Origin: a bacterium
GTDB taxonomy: Bacteria > Zhuqueibacterota > QNDG01 > JAGLOF01
Reading direction: 5' to 3'
Length of the DNA: 64,000 nucleotides
Assembly (NCBI GenBank): GCA_016934955.1
Contig: JAFGRY010000051.1
Coordinates: 11,211 to 75,210, forward strand
Shown: piece by piece, positions 55,229-63,588 of the stretch
Position numbering within the stretch: the stretch's first letter is position 1
How the letters are laid out: each line of letters starts with the position of its first letter
Notes under the pieces: model-generated
The model's input: only the letters and a program-made list of their open reading frames with translations
The model's database searches: none
What the model was told of the DNA's origin: nothing
Translations under genes and position numbers: made by a program

Positions 55229-56126
55229 CGAAGAATCCGTCCACGAATGCTTCCGGATCGAAGGGCACCAGATCGTCCATCCCTTCACCCAGCCCCGCCC
55301 ATTTGATCGGGATTTGGAGCGTGTTGAACACGGAAACGACAATACCGCCCCGGGCCGAACCATCCAGTTTTGTCAGCGCGATATCGGTGACACCAACCGC
55401 GTCGCTGAACAATCGTGCCTGGCTCAATCCGTTCTGGCCGGTCGTGGCATCGATCACCAGCAGCACTTCATGGGGAGCGCCCGGCATTCTCCGGTCGAGC
55501 ACTCTCCGTATCTTTTTCAGCTCCTCCATCAGGTTCACTTTCGTGTGCAGCCGGCCCGCCGTATCAACAAGGAGGATATCGGCATTCCGCGCCAGCGCGG
55601 AATCGAGAGCGTCATAGGCGACGGCAGCGGGATCCGACCCTGTCTTCTGCAGCACCACGTGGACTTTCGCCCGCTGTCCCCACTCCTCCAGCTGCTCAGC
55701 GGCAGCCGCCCGGAATGTATCTGCCCCCGCAAGCACCACCTTCTTTCCCTCAGCTGCATACCGCACTGCCAATTTACCGATAGTCGTGGTCTTTCCCGTG
55801 CCATTAACCCCCACGACAAGGATCACCCGGGGGTTCTCCAGGCGTTCTTCAGGAGATGCAGCCGCAACGATGCCGCTGATCTCCGACTTGAGGATCCGCC
55901 TGATGCAGGTCCGGGGATCATCACAGCCGTCGAGCCCGGACCGCACTTTGTCCACAAGGGCAAGCGCCGTATCGACTCCGAGATCGGCTTCAATCAGCAC
56001 TTCTTCAAGCTCGTCGAGCAGCGAATCGTCGACCCTGCCGCTCCTGAATACGGAGGCGATGCGATTCAGGAATCCCGTTCTGCTCTTTCGTAATCCTGCG
56101 TTCCATTTCTGTTTTCGATCTGCCAT
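55221..56126 (-). CDS. ftsY: Signal recognition particle receptor (short NG-only form)
   Basis: It has VILVVGVNGTGKTTTIGKLA, LLVDTAGRLHTK and TKLDGSARGG. Confidence 0.92.
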   Translation of the reverse strand: MADRKQKWNAGLRKSRTGFLNRIASVFRSGRVDDSLLDELEEVLIEADLGVDTALALVDKVRSGLDGCDDPRTCIRRILKSEISGIVAAASPEERLENPRVILVVGVNGTGKTTTIGKLAVRYAAEGKKVVLAGADTFRAAAAEQLEEWGQRAKVHVVLQKTGSDPAAVAYDALDSALARNADILLVDTAGRLHTKVNLMEELKKIRRVLDRRMPGAPHEVLLVIDATTGQNGLSQARLFSDAVGVTDIALTKLDGSARGGIVVSVFNTLQIPIKWAGLGEGMDDLVPFDPEAFVDGFFGE

Positions 56127-56163
56127 ACATACAACTCTTCAGACGTACCAGGACCGGAGACCG

Positions 56164-56724
56164 TCAGCACTGCCTGGACAGCTGCAGCGTGAAGGCCTTG
56201 TAGTAGGCCCAGGTGGACCAGGCGGTCAGCATGAGGCCGGCGACGAGCATCAGAAGGGCCCAGGGCTGCACTTCCAACACGTAGAGCAGCACGGCGACCG
56301 CCACCGCGAATGCGGAGGTTTTACCCGGTCTGGCTGATTCCATCACGACCTTTCGGCCCCGGATTATCAGCAGTCCGCCCAGGAGCACCGCGAGTTCCCG
56401 CGCTGCGAGAATTGCAGCTCCCCACACCGGGAAATAGTAACTGTCTGAAAAGACAAGCCAGCCGGCAACGGACAGAACCGTCAGTTTGTCGGCCAGGGGA
56501 TCGAGGATTCTTCCCAGGTCCGACCGCTGGTTCAGCCGCCGCGCCGCCAGGCCGTCGAGAAAATCGGTGGCCGCACTTGCCAGCATCCAGGCCACCGCCT
56601 CCAGCCGTGCCCCGCGGGCAAGAGCGGCCAGGATCGGCGGGATCATGAAAAACCGGAGTGCGGTCAGCAGGTTTGGAATGGTGACGATTCTTTTTTCAGG
56701 AAGACTGTCACGGTGTGATTCCAT
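56164..56724 (-). CDS. CDP-alcohol phosphatidyltransferase (PgsA-like)
   Basis: The motif D-x2-DG-x2-AR-x8-G-x3-D-x3-D is present as DFLDGLAARRLNQRSDLGRILDPLADK. The protein is 186 aa with four to five TM spans. Confidence 0.8.
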   Translation of the reverse strand: MESHRDSLPEKRIVTIPNLLTALRFFMIPPILAALARGARLEAVAWMLASAATDFLDGLAARRLNQRSDLGRILDPLADKLTVLSVAGWLVFSDSYYFPVWGAAILAARELAVLLGGLLIIRGRKVVMESARPGKTSAFAVAVAVLLYVLEVQPWALLMLVAGLMLTAWSTWAYYKAFTLQLSRQC

Positions 56725-56738
56725 AGACGATACCCGAT

Positions 56739-57911
56739 TTAGGTGAATATTTTTGCGGCCTGGAGAATCAGTTTCGGATGTCTGACCAGGGCCGCCCTGA
56801 AGATCTGAAACGCCGAACGCCTTTCCGGCGGAACCGCGGCGAGCAGTTCTGCAGTGCGATTCAATTCCTCGTCACTGAATGCATCAACGACCTGCTTGAT
56901 CCGATAGGAGAAACGGCACTGCCGCCCTTCGGTTTTCTCCCACTCTTTCTCATAGGCCGACAATGCGTGCCGGGTCAGACGTCCCTTCCTGACCGCCCGG
57001 GCCGCTGTTTCGCCGGCGATCCGGCCCGCGATCATGGCGTTGACAATGCCCCCTCCGGTGAGAGGGTTGGCCTGGCGGGCGGCGTCTCCAACCAGCATAA
57101 TGCCGTCACCGGTAAGCCGACTGAGCGGCGGCCCGACAGGGACGCCCCCGGCCACTGCCGCCAGAACCGAGGCCCCGGGAAACCGTGTTTCGATAAAATG
57201 ATCGAGATAGTCCGCAGGTTTCCGGGCCGCGGCGAATTCGCCCGTGATACCCAGGCCGACGTTTGCCGTATGCGCGTTCTTGGGGAATACCCATGCGTAT
57301 CCGCCCGGGGCGATCATTGTGCCGAGATGGAACTCCACTCGTCCGGGATCGACATCGATGCCGGTGAGTGTTTTCTGCACGCAGGATTCCATCAGGGCCG
57401 GCGGCAGACGGGTATCGAGACCCGCCCAGCGTCCCACTCGGGATTCAGTCCCGTCGGCACCGATAACGATCCTCGCCTTCAGGTCGAGAGTCCTGCCGCC
57501 GCATCGGCACCGGACACCGCATACCCTGCCGCCCTCAAGCAGCAGCCCGCACACGAACGCATTTGTCTGCAGCCTCGCGCCCGCCTGCACGGCGCGTTCG
57601 GCCAGGTCACTGTCAAAAATCCGCCGGTGTAAAATATATCCCCTGTCATCGGGGTAGGCATCGATGACCGTTCCGTTCGGGGCGACAAACCGGGCCCCGG
57701 TTATGGTCGCGGCGATCCAGCGGGCATCCACACTCCCTGCGGCCAGTTCCAGCCCCTGAACGGAGACGCCCTCGGCGCACCTGACCGGAATTCCCACCTC
57801 CCTGTCCTTTTCGAGCATGAGCACAGACATGCCGTTTTCCGCGGCCGCCTTGGCGGCCCAGGACCCTCCCGGCCCGGCGCCGGCAACGATTATATCATAT
57901 GCAGCGGTCAC
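56739..57911 (-). CDS. Geranylgeranyl reductase family flavoprotein
   Basis: It has FAD motifs YDIIVAGAGPGGSWAAKAAAENG, VRCAEG and LVGDAARQANPLTGGGI, plus YAWVFPKNAHTANVGLG (Y-x-W-x-F-P-x8-G-x-G). The start is placed at the GTG at 57911, giving a 4-nt GTGA overlap with the ferredoxin stop. Confidence 0.85.
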   Translation of the reverse strand: MTAAYDIIVAGAGPGGSWAAKAAAENGMSVLMLEKDREVGIPVRCAEGVSVQGLELAAGSVDARWIAATITGARFVAPNGTVIDAYPDDRGYILHRRIFDSDLAERAVQAGARLQTNAFVCGLLLEGGRVCGVRCRCGGRTLDLKARIVIGADGTESRVGRWAGLDTRLPPALMESCVQKTLTGIDVDPGRVEFHLGTMIAPGGYAWVFPKNAHTANVGLGITGEFAAARKPADYLDHFIETRFPGASVLAAVAGGVPVGPPLSRLTGDGIMLVGDAARQANPLTGGGIVNAMIAGRIAGETAARAVRKGRLTRHALSAYEKEWEKTEGRQCRFSYRIKQVVDAFSDEELNRTAELLAAVPPERRSAFQIFRAALVRHPKLILQAAKIFT

Positions 57912-58081
57912 GCCTGTCTTTCCAGGGCGCCCACGGGACAGATATCCACACAGTCGCCGCAGCCGGCACACAGCTCTGAATCGATATGCAGCTGCACCTG
58001 TTCAAGGGTAATTGCATCGGTCGGGCAGACGCCGACACAGGTTCCGCAGAAATCACAGAATTCGAGAAGGACATCAATCAT
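57908..58081 (-). CDS. 2x[4Fe-4S] ferredoxin (57 aa)
   Basis: Two C-x2-C-x2-C-x3-CP clusters are present (CDFCGTCVGVCP and CAGCGDCVDICP). The ATG at 58081 is preceded by AAGGAGG about 11 nt upstream. The ORF-track start at 58162 would overlap the UbiA gene. Confidence 0.8.
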   Translation of the reverse strand: MIDVLLEFCDFCGTCVGVCPTDAITLEQVQLHIDSELCAGCGDCVDICPVGALERQA

Positions 58082-58100
58082 CTGTTTCCCCGACCTCCTT

Positions 58101-59051
58101 TTAATTCCTGAAACTTGGATAAGAGATATCAAACCGCCGTTTATAGTACCACTTTGAAACAAAGAAAACAGTGACCACCGGAATCAGATAGAGCGGATGG
58201 AGAACAGTGATTCCAGCCGCGAGCGCCAGTACCGAGTATTTGGTTGCCCGCACCACATCCTTCTCCTCACCCGTTACCGCACTGTACACAAAAAAGGGCA
58301 GCATGATTCCGCCGCAGATAAGCAGGAGACGATCGCCTGTCAGCGCCGCGACCGCCAGCATGAAAAGTTCAAGTATCAGAGCCCAGGCGGCTGTTTTCTG
58401 CGTTCCGTACTTGACACCGAACGTTATCTTGCCGCTCGCCTCATCCCCCTGCCGGTCGGGCAGCGTTGTGTTGAGATAGACGGCCCCGCCCGCCAGGCCG
58501 TAGGCGGCGGCCCTGGCCGGGAGCAGCGGGTCTCCGCCGCCCGCGTACCACCCGATGCTGTATATGAGAACGCCCGCCCCCGCGTTGGTGACGATACCCA
58601 TGATGGGGTGGTCTTTCCAGGATGCGGGGGGGTAGTTGTAACACCAGCCTGACAGGACGAGCAGCGCCAGAATCAGCAGCCCGAACCCGGTCCCGGCGAT
58701 AAACCCGCCGGCCGTGCCGGCCGCGGCAAGCAGTACCGCCTGAATCAGGGCCTTACGCCTGGATATGAGCCCTTCGGAAACAAGGAACAGTTTGCCGTTT
58801 ATCCTGTCTGTTTGAATGTCATTGAGCTGGTTGAGGATAAACACCGCCCCAACGGTAAGCGTCAGGGGAATGGCCGCCAGGAACAGGTGCAGCGGGCCGC
58901 CGGTATACATGTCTGTCGCACCGGTGGTTCTCCCGCCGGAATGCCCTGCCAGAAAAAAGGTCCACACCGGATAGAAGAGCGTCGGCCTGAGAAGAAACAG
59001 ATAATCCAGCCAGCCGGGCACCCTGGGAAAAGAACCTCCCGGGTTACTCAT
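58101..59051 (-). CDS. UbiA-family membrane prenyltransferase
   Basis: It has about 8-9 TM spans and both Asp-rich motifs: NQLNDIQTD (N-x3-D-x3-D) and DRQGD (D-x3-D). The start is placed at the ATG at 59051, overlapping the purF stop by 8 nt; the ORF-track start is 59210. Confidence 0.78.
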   Translation of the reverse strand: MSNPGGSFPRVPGWLDYLFLLRPTLFYPVWTFFLAGHSGGRTTGATDMYTGGPLHLFLAAIPLTLTVGAVFILNQLNDIQTDRINGKLFLVSEGLISRRKALIQAVLLAAAGTAGGFIAGTGFGLLILALLVLSGWCYNYPPASWKDHPIMGIVTNAGAGVLIYSIGWYAGGGDPLLPARAAAYGLAGGAVYLNTTLPDRQGDEASGKITFGVKYGTQKTAAWALILELFMLAVAALTGDRLLLICGGIMLPFFVYSAVTGEEKDVVRATKYSVLALAAGITVLHPLYLIPVVTVFFVSKWYYKRRFDISYPSFRN

Positions 59052-60441
59052 GCTGGGTCTTCCTGAACGCTTCCCTGATACTGACCGGATACTTGCCGCT
59101 GAAACAGGCGGTGCAGTATCCGTCTCCCTTTCTCGAGACAGCACTGCAGAGCCCCTCAACGGAGAGATAGCCGAGACTGTCCACATCGAGATGCCGGCGG
59201 ATCTCCTCAACGCTCATTGAGGTCGCGATCAGTTCCTCCCTGGTGGGGAAATCCATCCCGTAAAAACAGGGATGCTTGATGGGAGGGCTGCTCACACGGA
59301 CGTGCACCTCCCGCGCCCCGGCCTTCCTCAGCAGCTGGGTGAGCACTTTCAGGGTCGTTCCCCGGACAATGGAGTCCTCCACGACGACGACACGCTGATC
59401 CTTGAGAACCCCGGCCACAGGATTGAATTTCACCTTCACATTGAAATGCCTGATTTTCTGCAGCGGCTGAATGAAGGTCCTCCCGATATAGTGATTTCTG
59501 ATCAGCCCCAGCTCAAACCGTATCCCCGATTCATTCGCGAATCCAAGGGCGGCGGTGTTGCTCGAATCGGGTACCGAGATGACGATATCCGCATCGACCG
59601 GGTGTTCCATAGCCAGGCGCTTGCCCAGTTTGCGACGTGTCTTGTCCACGCAGTCACCGAAAATGCGGCTGTCGGGACGGGAAAAATAGATAAATTCGAA
59701 AATGCAGTGCGCCTTCCCGGTGGAGGCGGCAAAGGATTCCGATGTCAGGCCGTTTTCATCGATAATGAGCATCTCGCCGGGGTCAACATCCCTGATATAA
59801 TCAGCACCGATCAGATCCAGCGCACAGGTCTCGGAAGCGACGACATATCCATCGTCGAGTTTCCCCAGCGCCAGCGGTTTGAATCCTTTGGGATCGCGGG
59901 CCGCGATCAGCTTGTCCCGGGTCATGATCACCAGAGAATAGGCGCCCTTGATCCGGGAGAGGGCATCCCGTATTTTCGCCACAAGCCCGTCCGCTTTGGA
60001 GCGGGCTATCAGGTGCAGAATCGGTTCACTGTCGGTAGTGGAACGGAAAATCGCCCCTTCTTCCTGCAGCATGTCGTGAATCGCCCGGGAATTCACCAGA
60101 TTGCCATTGTGTCCCAGGGCGATGGGGCCGTCCTTCGTGTTGACCAGCAGCGGCTGAACATTGTGAATGTCATTCGACCCCGTCGTTGAATAGCGGTTAT
60201 GGCCGATCGCCAGCCGCCCCTTCAGCTTCTCGATAACGGCCCGGTCATTGAACACGTCATTGACCAGGCCGAGACCGTTGTGCTCATAAATCCGCGTCCC
60301 GTCTGAAGAGACGATACCGGCGCTCTCCTGTCCCCGATGCTGCAGCGCGTAGAGACCCAGATAGGCGATCTCGGCCGCGGCATCATGATTGCATACGCCG
60401 ATAATACCGCAGAATTCCCTAGGTTTGTCTTCCATCTCCAC
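59044..60441 (-). CDS. purF: Amidophosphoribosyltransferase (Fe-S type, with propeptide)
   Basis: A 10-residue leader precedes the CGIIGV nucleophile. It also has DSIVRGTT (PRPP loop) and C-terminal Cys residues (HPCFYG, GYCTACFSGKYP). Confidence 0.92.
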   Translation of the reverse strand: MEMEDKPREFCGIIGVCNHDAAAEIAYLGLYALQHRGQESAGIVSSDGTRIYEHNGLGLVNDVFNDRAVIEKLKGRLAIGHNRYSTTGSNDIHNVQPLLVNTKDGPIALGHNGNLVNSRAIHDMLQEEGAIFRSTTDSEPILHLIARSKADGLVAKIRDALSRIKGAYSLVIMTRDKLIAARDPKGFKPLALGKLDDGYVVASETCALDLIGADYIRDVDPGEMLIIDENGLTSESFAASTGKAHCIFEFIYFSRPDSRIFGDCVDKTRRKLGKRLAMEHPVDADIVISVPDSSNTAALGFANESGIRFELGLIRNHYIGRTFIQPLQKIRHFNVKVKFNPVAGVLKDQRVVVVEDSIVRGTTLKVLTQLLRKAGAREVHVRVSSPPIKHPCFYGMDFPTREELIATSMSVEEIRRHLDVDSLGYLSVEGLCSAVSRKGDGYCTACFSGKYPVSIREAFRKTQHE

Positions 60442-61509
60442 TCAGTGATCCTTTTTTCCAGTGATAACGATCGGATTGCTGTAAATCCAGCCTCTTCCCT
60501 TTTTAAAGACTTCTACGCGATACACGCCGGGCTCAGAAGTCGTCATGCCCAGTCTGTCGCCCGACACCTTCTGAATGAGACGGCCGTCCTGAAGCAGACG
60601 GATTTTCCCTTTCGCCGGGACCATCGTTTCCAGCCTGACGCTGCCGCCTCCCGGGATTCGGCTTCCCATCTCATAGAGATCTCCCCCCTTCAGCGCCCGG
60701 AACCGGAACCCCCGGGCATCGCCCAGCGAATAGTTGGAAACGAAGCAGCACCCCTGTTCGAGCGCGGCAAACACCGCTTTTTCCGCTTCCGCGAAAGGCA
60801 GGCATCCATCATCTCCACAGATCGGCCTTTCGGTCAGGATGTGCGTCCTGATTGATTTGAACTGGACCTTGTAGGGATATATCTCGACCGGAATAAATCC
60901 GAAAAATCTTAGTGAAAACGCGTGCACGTCAATGCCGCCGATGCCGATCACCCGTCTGTCTGCGTTCAGCCGGTCCCAGCGCCGCAGGATATCCCATTCG
61001 GGAAATCTGATGGACCGGAGCGGATGCCAGATGCGCCAGAAAATATTCGCCCGGGTTACGCCCTCCATCCACTCCGACAGCTGATTCCAGATCTCGATGC
61101 CGTCGAACCCTTCCACATCCCAATCCGTCCAGGGATAGGGAGGATATGCTTCGGAAAAATTTCTCTTTTCCGCGGGATGGGCGATTATGCCGAATCCTCC
61201 TCTTTCCCGCACCCGGGAGACATAGTCAGCGGCGGTACTCCCCCCCACTTCCCTGTCGAGCCTGAAAGCAAGATAGTGATTCTTGTCGTCTCTGTCATTG
61301 ATCTCGTACCCGATCAGCACCAGCACCCTGCCGTACCAGCCTTCCAGTCCCGACCGCTTTGGTTCAAGGGTATTGTGGTCCGTGAACATGAGAAAATCAA
61401 GTGACTTGCTTCCGGCGATCCCGGCAATTTCGGGAATCGGCAGAGAGCCGTCCGAAACGTTCGAATGCAGATGCACCGCACCGACCGATTCATGCATATC
61501 ACCTACCAT
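60442..61509 (-). CDS. PHP-domain metallophosphoesterase-like protein
   Basis: It has VHLHSNVSDGS and FTDHNT PHP motifs, further His blocks (IIAHP, IDVHAF) and a C-terminal beta-rich domain. Confidence 0.7.
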   Translation of the reverse strand: MVGDMHESVGAVHLHSNVSDGSLPIPEIAGIAGSKSLDFLMFTDHNTLEPKRSGLEGWYGRVLVLIGYEINDRDDKNHYLAFRLDREVGGSTAADYVSRVRERGGFGIIAHPAEKRNFSEAYPPYPWTDWDVEGFDGIEIWNQLSEWMEGVTRANIFWRIWHPLRSIRFPEWDILRRWDRLNADRRVIGIGGIDVHAFSLRFFGFIPVEIYPYKVQFKSIRTHILTERPICGDDGCLPFAEAEKAVFAALEQGCCFVSNYSLGDARGFRFRALKGGDLYEMGSRIPGGGSVRLETMVPAKGKIRLLQDGRLIQKVSGDRLGMTTSEPGVYRVEVFKKGRGWIYSNPIVITGKKDH

Positions 61510-61886
61510 ACCAGCAGCAGACCTCCGATGACGACCCCCAGAAAATCGGCGGCGAGATCCTTCCAGCTGAAACGATTGTTCGCCGAGCGATGATCGTTCA
61601 GCTCCTTGAAAACGCCCAGGGAAAGGCTGAAAACAGCTCCCGCAAGCCGGCTGTCATGACGCGGGCGCTCGAATCGATTATGCAGGAGCCAGCCGGCGGC
61701 GCCGCAGAGAAGCATGCTCGCGGCCGCGTGTTTCGCTTTATCGCTTCCCAGCCAGCGGTCGGCCCGGAACACGGCGGCCGGCTCCGCATCCGGTGTGCGC
61801 CTCTCCGGAACCGGAGGCCCGGCTGTCTGGGCATGCAGGGCTCCGGCCAGAACCGTGACCGCGAGTATGGCGCCCGCCAGGTTCAT
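61503..61886 (-). CDS. YfiM/DUF2279-like small exported protein
   Basis: It has a signal peptide plus the blocks GSDKAKHAAAS, GVFKELNDHR and FSWKDLAADFLGV, which resemble E. coli YfiM as I remember it. Confidence 0.5.
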   Translation of the reverse strand: MNLAGAILAVTVLAGALHAQTAGPPVPERRTPDAEPAAVFRADRWLGSDKAKHAAASMLLCGAAGWLLHNRFERPRHDSRLAGAVFSLSLGVFKELNDHRSANNRFSWKDLAADFLGVVIGGLLLVW

Positions 61887-62456
61887 TCAGAGTCCAAGCT
61901 CCCCGTCTATCTCTTTCATCGCATCCAGCGCCAGGGTGAGAAAGGTATCCAGGTCGAGCCCCAGCTCTTCACAGCTCGCGATCTGGCCCCTGTCGGCTCC
62001 GGCGGCGAACCGCTTTTCCTGAAATCGTCTTTTGAGAAAAGTGAGGTCGAGATGGCGAAGCTTCCGGGAAGGATGCATCAGGGCCGCGGCCACGATCAGG
62101 CCGGTAACCGGATCGGCAGCATACAGCGCCTTATCCATGAGTGAGGTTCGGGGAAAATGGCCGGGATGACACCGAATCGCCTGTATCACCCCGGGGGGCA
62201 GGTCTTCATCCGCAAGCATCTCCGCTGTGCGGAGGCCGTGCCTGCTGAAATCGTTCACTGTTTCATCATAATCCAGATCGTGAAGCAGTCCTGCCAGGGA
62301 CCAGTCGTCACGATTCTCTGCAAACCTGTCGGCGAGACTGCCCATCACCGCTTCGACGGCACGCATATGCTTGCGAAGATTTTTATTACCCACACGCGAC
62401 GTTACCAGCCTCCAGGCCGTCTCTCTGTCCATTTTTCTCCCGGCGTCCACGTTCAT
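61887..62456 (-). CDS. HD-domain metal-dependent phosphohydrolase (COG2316-like)
   Basis: It has KHMRAVEAVM and AGLLHDLDYDE, which carries the HD dyad. An alternative ATG at 62432 begins MDRETAW. Confidence 0.7.
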   Translation of the reverse strand: MNVDAGRKMDRETAWRLVTSRVGNKNLRKHMRAVEAVMGSLADRFAENRDDWSLAGLLHDLDYDETVNDFSRHGLRTAEMLADEDLPPGVIQAIRCHPGHFPRTSLMDKALYAADPVTGLIVAAALMHPSRKLRHLDLTFLKRRFQEKRFAAGADRGQIASCEELGLDLDTFLTLALDAMKEIDGELGL

Positions 62457-62459
62457 TAC

Positions 62460-62945
62460 CTAAAATCTATACACCAGCGCCACCTGTTCAATACCGGGCG
62501 TAACACGGGTCTCCAGAGACAGATTATCGCTGATATCAAAGGGCCGCAGCTTTGCATCAACGTGAGCGTCAAACACCTGCAGCAACCAGAATGCCGCGGC
62601 ATACCAGATGAACCGGCTTCGGTCGTCTTCATAGAATACGCGCTCTGTCTCGGTAGTGCTGCGCACCGCCCGCTGATTCTGAACGACCGCCGCGCCGATG
62701 AGTCCGGCTTCTATGCCGAAAACGGCAACTGCCTTCAGTCTCTTCCCGTTATACCACTGACCGAATCCCGGCAGCAGTGCCGACCGGATGACCGCCCCCG
62801 GCACACTCTGTTCCGATGTATCGGCCGCCGCCTTCCGCACCGGAACCGCAGGACCGACAGCCGCGTCCTCCGCATGCTGAGCAGCCGCGGAACCGGCCGC
62901 CGTCATGGATACAAGCAGGGCAACGATCAGGCGGCGCGCATTCAT
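62460..62945 (-). CDS. DUF5683-like exported/membrane protein
   Basis: A signal peptide is followed by SALLPGFGQWYNGKRLKAVAVFGIEAGLIG, the motif typical of this FCB-associated family. The start is placed at the ATG at 62945. The ORF-track start at 63095 overlaps ridA. Confidence 0.6.
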   Translation of the reverse strand: MNARRLIVALLVSMTAAGSAAAQHAEDAAVGPAVPVRKAAADTSEQSVPGAVIRSALLPGFGQWYNGKRLKAVAVFGIEAGLIGAAVVQNQRAVRSTTETERVFYEDDRSRFIWYAAAFWLLQVFDAHVDAKLRPFDISDNLSLETRVTPGIEQVALVYRF

Positions 62946-62979
62946 GCGGCTGGTCCGGGGAGGGTGATCATGTTCTCCG

Positions 62980-63369
62980 TCACACTGCCGCGGCCACGCA
63001 TTCAATCTCAACAAGAACATCCTTCGGCAGCCTCGCCGCCTCGATCGCCGACCGCGCCGGCGGGTCATCAGCGAAAAATTCCCCATACACACCATTCATT
63101 CCGGCAAAATCGTTCATATCCCTGAGGAAGACGGTGGTCTTGACAACATTGGCAAGCGATGATCCAGCGGCCTCAACCACCGCTTTCAGGTTCAGAAGCG
63201 CCTGGCGTGTCTGAACAGCGATATCACCGTCGATTACCGCACCGGAAGCGGGATCGATGGGTATCTGCCCCGCGGTGAAAATCAGCCGGCGGCAGTCGAC
63301 AACAACCGCCTGGCTGTAGGGACCGATCGCGGCCGGCGCCCTGTCTGTGTGTATTATCGTGCGAACCAT
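62980..63369 (-). CDS. ridA: RidA/YjgF-family reactive intermediate deaminase
   Basis: It has TDRAPAAIGPYSQAV, TVFLRDMNDFAGMN and PARSAIEAARLPKDVLVEIE. Confidence 0.9.
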   Translation of the reverse strand: MVRTIIHTDRAPAAIGPYSQAVVVDCRRLIFTAGQIPIDPASGAVIDGDIAVQTRQALLNLKAVVEAAGSSLANVVKTTVFLRDMNDFAGMNGVYGEFFADDPPARSAIEAARLPKDVLVEIECVAAAV

Positions 63370-63394
63370 TTAACTCTCCATCACCTTGTTACCG

Positions 63395-63574
63395 TTACTT
63401 GTCCTCAGGGATATCTTCGAAATGGGCATCCTCCACTTCGGACCGGCTCAGATCCAGCGGCTTGTTGCGGTTCTGGCCCCGCACCTGCTCCTTGGGAGCC
63501 ATATCCGGCTTGAAGAGCCGGAACAGTTTATACCCCAGATACCCGACCACAAAATAGAAAATAAGTTTCAGCAT
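63395..63574 (-). CDS. Small single-TM protein, DUF4834-like (59 aa, not in the ORF track)
   Basis: My translation is MLKLIFYFVVGYLGYKLFRLFKPDMAPKEQVRGQNRNKPLDLSRSEVEDAHFEDIPEDK. It has an N-terminal TM span and an acidic C-terminal tail. It is co-directional with its neighbours and fills the gap that the track assigns to a plus-strand 68-aa ORF. Confidence 0.5.
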   Translation of the reverse strand: MLKLIFYFVVGYLGYKLFRLFKPDMAPKEQVRGQNRNKPLDLSRSEVEDAHFEDIPEDK

Positions 63575-63588
63575 AAGTATATCCCGCG

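Noticed and set aside
54152-56093. Two long plus-strand ORFs (384 aa and 372 aa) antisense to rimO and ftsY.
   Set aside because: The reasoning is the same: both minus-strand genes carry diagnostic motifs (radical SAM CxxxCxxC; the SRP GTPase G1-G4 motifs). The plus-strand products are Arg/Pro-rich with no features.
56164-56724. The CDP-alcohol phosphatidyltransferase as independent evidence for archaeal-type polar-head attachment.
   Set aside because: Its size and motif spacing are indistinguishable by eye from ordinary bacterial PgsA. It supports the lipid-module idea only through adjacency, not through sequence.
57912-59210. Longest-ORF N-terminal extensions of the GGR (to 57971), ferredoxin (to 58162) and UbiA (to 59210) genes. 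Similar extensions occur for rimO (to 55363), SxtJ (to 16923), the DUF5683-like gene (to 63095) and rmlD (to 5385).
   Set aside because: Each extension lies inside the upstream gene, is Arg/Ser/Pro-rich and removes the typical family N-terminus. In every case an internal ATG or GTG gives a 4- or 8-nt overlap or a short gap, sometimes with an RBS.
62157-63125. A 322-aa plus-strand ORF spanning the HD, DUF5683-like and ridA regions.
   Set aside because: It crosses three well-supported minus-strand genes and their intergenic gaps and has no recognisable domain. It is a shadow ORF.
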